A DNA stretch of 63,997 nt, filler included, from Elsinoe ampelina (taxonomy: Eukaryota): assembly GCA_010093995.1 (NCBI GenBank). It is 4 parts of 3 records of this genome, joined end to end, with 100 filler letters (N's around TTAATTAATTAA, not from the genome) between each part and the next. Parts side by side here need not be neighbours in the genome. Positions count along the whole stretch, not along the records: positions 61,211 to 63,997 come from ML992503.1; 3 more parts are not named here. One strand, given 5' to 3'. Both the position numbers and the translations under genes were made by a program. This document shows positions 61,211-63,997 of this stretch, one piece after another (positions within the stretch are counted from its first letter, which is position 1; every line of letters begins with the position of its first letter). The notes under the pieces are model-generated. The model was not told the origin of the DNA. It did not search any database and saw only the letters and a list, made by a program, of their open reading frames with translations.

Positions 61211-63997
61211 TAAGCTATTAGATTAGAAGAACTTTAAATATTAGATCTTAGCTACTATAAACTATGTGCTATATTAAAGGTATAGAGAGTAGTATTAAGA
61301 GAACTAAGGGATATACTAAAGTGCTTACTAGATAAGCTTTATCTAGACCTTGTTAGTTCTATTAAACTATAGTTAAGTAAAGGCTATAAATACCTTCTCT
61401 TTATAATATGTAGTAAGAGCAAGTACAAGTTTATTACTATTCTCTTCCTTAAGAGTAATACACTAGCAGTAATTAAACTTATTTATATAAGGAATAAAAT
61501 AGCCTATAATAAGCTTTTATTTATCTTTATCTCTAATAGAGGGGGTAAATTTAAGAACTATAAACTAGTAATAGCTATTTATCTTAAAGAGTAGAGATAG
61601 AACATCTCTATACCTAATACTTAATACTAAAATAGTAAATCTAAGGCTACTAACAAAGTAGTTATTCTTAGAACAAGGTATATCTTTGTTAATTATAGAG
61701 CACCTCTTAAACTCTAGTATATAGTTATAGAGTTTGTAATTTACATTAGTAATAGAATTACCTATACTAAAACTAAGAAGATCCCTATATAAGAGCTAAG
61801 AAAGAATCTTCTTAATAATAATAGGCTAGTCTTATTAACTTACATTAGACGCTTTAGCTATAGAGCCTATATCTATAACTAATATGTTTCTAAATTATAC
61901 AAATTCTAAGCTAGAGCACTACTTAGTTAGTATGTTAGTATATAAAACAACTTAATAACTAATTACCTTATCTAGATACCCTATTAGTATTATGCTTAGT
62001 AAGCCTAGAAGGAAAAGATTATTATATTACTCTATATAACATTTAATAAGGATATAGTCTATAAAGACTAGGTAATATAAGTTATTAAATAGCTATGTAT
62101 CCTATAGGTATAATAACCTAAGGCTTTATAGCTTTAGGGGGAGTAGATATTTAGTAGTAATCATAATTAAGGCTATAGCTATAATTAACTACCCTTTAGT
62201 TATAAGAATCTATAAACTACCTAGGCTAAATAACCTTAAGCTAAACAACTAACATCTAACTACTCTTTAATTCCTAGATATAAACAACAATTATCTACCC
62301 CTATTAAAGAATAGAGGGAGTAATACTAACATCCTAAACTAGATCCTTAACCTATTAATAAACAGGGGAAGTAACTTGTTATTGCTAACTATAAGAGTAA
62401 AGACCTTATAATACTACTACTTAAAGTTATTAGTGAACTACATTTAACCTTTAATCCTATAGTTAATATTAATTAACTACTAATATATATATAGAATAAG
62501 GATGTTAACTTCCTTATTACACTATTTAATATACAACCTTTAACTAGTAAAAGGAAGAGATCTCTCTTACTATAAGAAACTATTAGAAGGTCCCTTAGAA
62601 CACATCGCTAGATTAATTATAAGAAACTTAATAATAGCAAGATTATTAGATCTATAGCTACTAATTTTAAGCTAGACCTACAAATAGTAAGAGATGTACT
62701 ATCCTCTCCTAAAGGTTATTACTAGTAAGCTATAATAGAGATAGAGTAGAAGGCTCTAACTAACTCTAAAACCTTTTTGATTATTAAGAAATTATAGGCA
62801 CTAAGAGGTGTTAGGCTAATAACAGGCAAATAGGTCTTTAAGACTAAGAGACTTACAAATAGCAAAGTTAAAAGATATAAGGCTCGTTAGACTATAAGGA
62901 GCTTTACTTAAAGAGTAGGTATTAACTTTATTAGAACTTTTATACTAACACTAAGAGCTAAAACTAGGAGAGTAATCCTTGCATATGCTCTTTATTATAA
63001 CTAGGTTATTATAACAGTAGATGCAGTTACTATATTCCTTAGACTAGACATTAATATTAAGAACTATATCTCCTACCTAGAAGGCGTACTAATTCCTAGC
63101 AAATAGGACAAGCTTATTGTTCTTATAAAGGGCTTATATAGGCTTAAGTAAGCTGCTACCCTCTAGTATAACGCTATAGTTAAGGCACTTCTATTACTTA
63201 GTTTTATTAGATCCTATAGTAATGCCTGTCTCTTTATTAACAAGTATTACATAGTTCTTATATATATTAATAACTTTAGGATTATTGCTACTAGGTAGAA
63301 GTATATAGACAAGCTAGTTAAAGATCTTTATCTTAAGTTTCTAATAAAGATTATAAACTTAAACCTCTTCCTTAGTGTTTAACTTTATAGAACTAAGGAC
63401 TTAATTAAGATTAAGCAATTATACTACTCTAAGGAGAAGCTTAAAGGTTATAATCTTCACTAAGCAAGAACTATAAAGCATCCTATTAATTAACTCTATA
63501 AACTAACTAATAGCTAAGTTAATGCTTAGTACTATAAGACATTTAATAGAATTATTAGTGAATTGTAATATCTAGCTAACAACACAAGGCCTAATATTAG
63601 CTATGCTACTAATTACCTAGCTAGGTTCCTTTAGAATCTAACTATAGCTTATGTAGTTATAGCTAAACAGATCTAGAGGTATATTAATAGAACTATTATA
63701 AAGGGCCTTACCTTTAGGAAGACTAATAGACTATTAGTTAACATAATTAAGGCCTACTCTAACTTAGACTTTGCTAGAGATAGATTAACTACAAGATCTA
63801 TATCTAGTACTATTATTTATATGCTTAGTGCACTAGTTATTTAGAAGTTAAGGCTATAGAAGATTATTATGTTATTAAGTACTAAGGCTAAATACCTTAC
63901 CCTTACTAAGACCTATAGAGAGATTAATTAGTTAAGAAACCTTATTATTAAACTTAGGCTACTTACTAATATCTACCTTAGTCTAACTATAGTTTTT
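61211..63997 (+). mobile_element. Third copia pol fragment (integrase-RT-RNase H), RIP-mutated, opposite orientation
   Basis: De-RIP reading gives KWVFKTKR..KVERYKAR, KGLYGLKQAA, YVDD, RPDISYA, AYSDSDFAGD and SSTEAEY in the copia order IN-RT-RH. Confidence 0.93.

Noticed and set aside
1..63997. tRNA, rRNA or snoRNA genes; Starship-type captain recombinase
   Set aside because: None recognised by eye; a covariance-model and HMM scan would be needed to exclude them.

Overview
Filamentous ascomycete genomic DNA (short GT-AG introns with CTRAC-type branch sites and RIP-mutated repeats; a Dothideomycete is my guess). About 51 kb of gene-rich sequence carries roughly 20 genes: a sugar porter with an in-frame stop, GH127, a CorA-like protein, PDH1, GH16 + GT2, an SRPK-like kinase, GUK1, ATX1, an SCP2-type thiolase, UPS2, bli-3, GNA1 and an AIF-like oxidoreductase, among others. 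It is flanked and interrupted by AT-rich RIP relics of one Ty1/copia family (142-bp LTRs, 5-bp TSD, half-tRNA-iMet type PBS) and a RIP-destroyed piggyBac transposon. The two strongest leads are: (1) a compact candidate copper-uptake cluster of a ferric/cupric reductase, a Ctr transporter and a GPI-anchored His-brace Bim1/X325-like protein, with candidate copper and iron regulatory boxes; and (2) a nuclear gene that appears to join a GIY-YIG-like endonuclease core to five tandem C2-C2 zinc-finger-like repeats. All family calls come from reading motifs by eye, not from database searches. Three N gaps contain an artificial TTAATTAATTAA linker, so the repeat arrangement is partly an assembly product.
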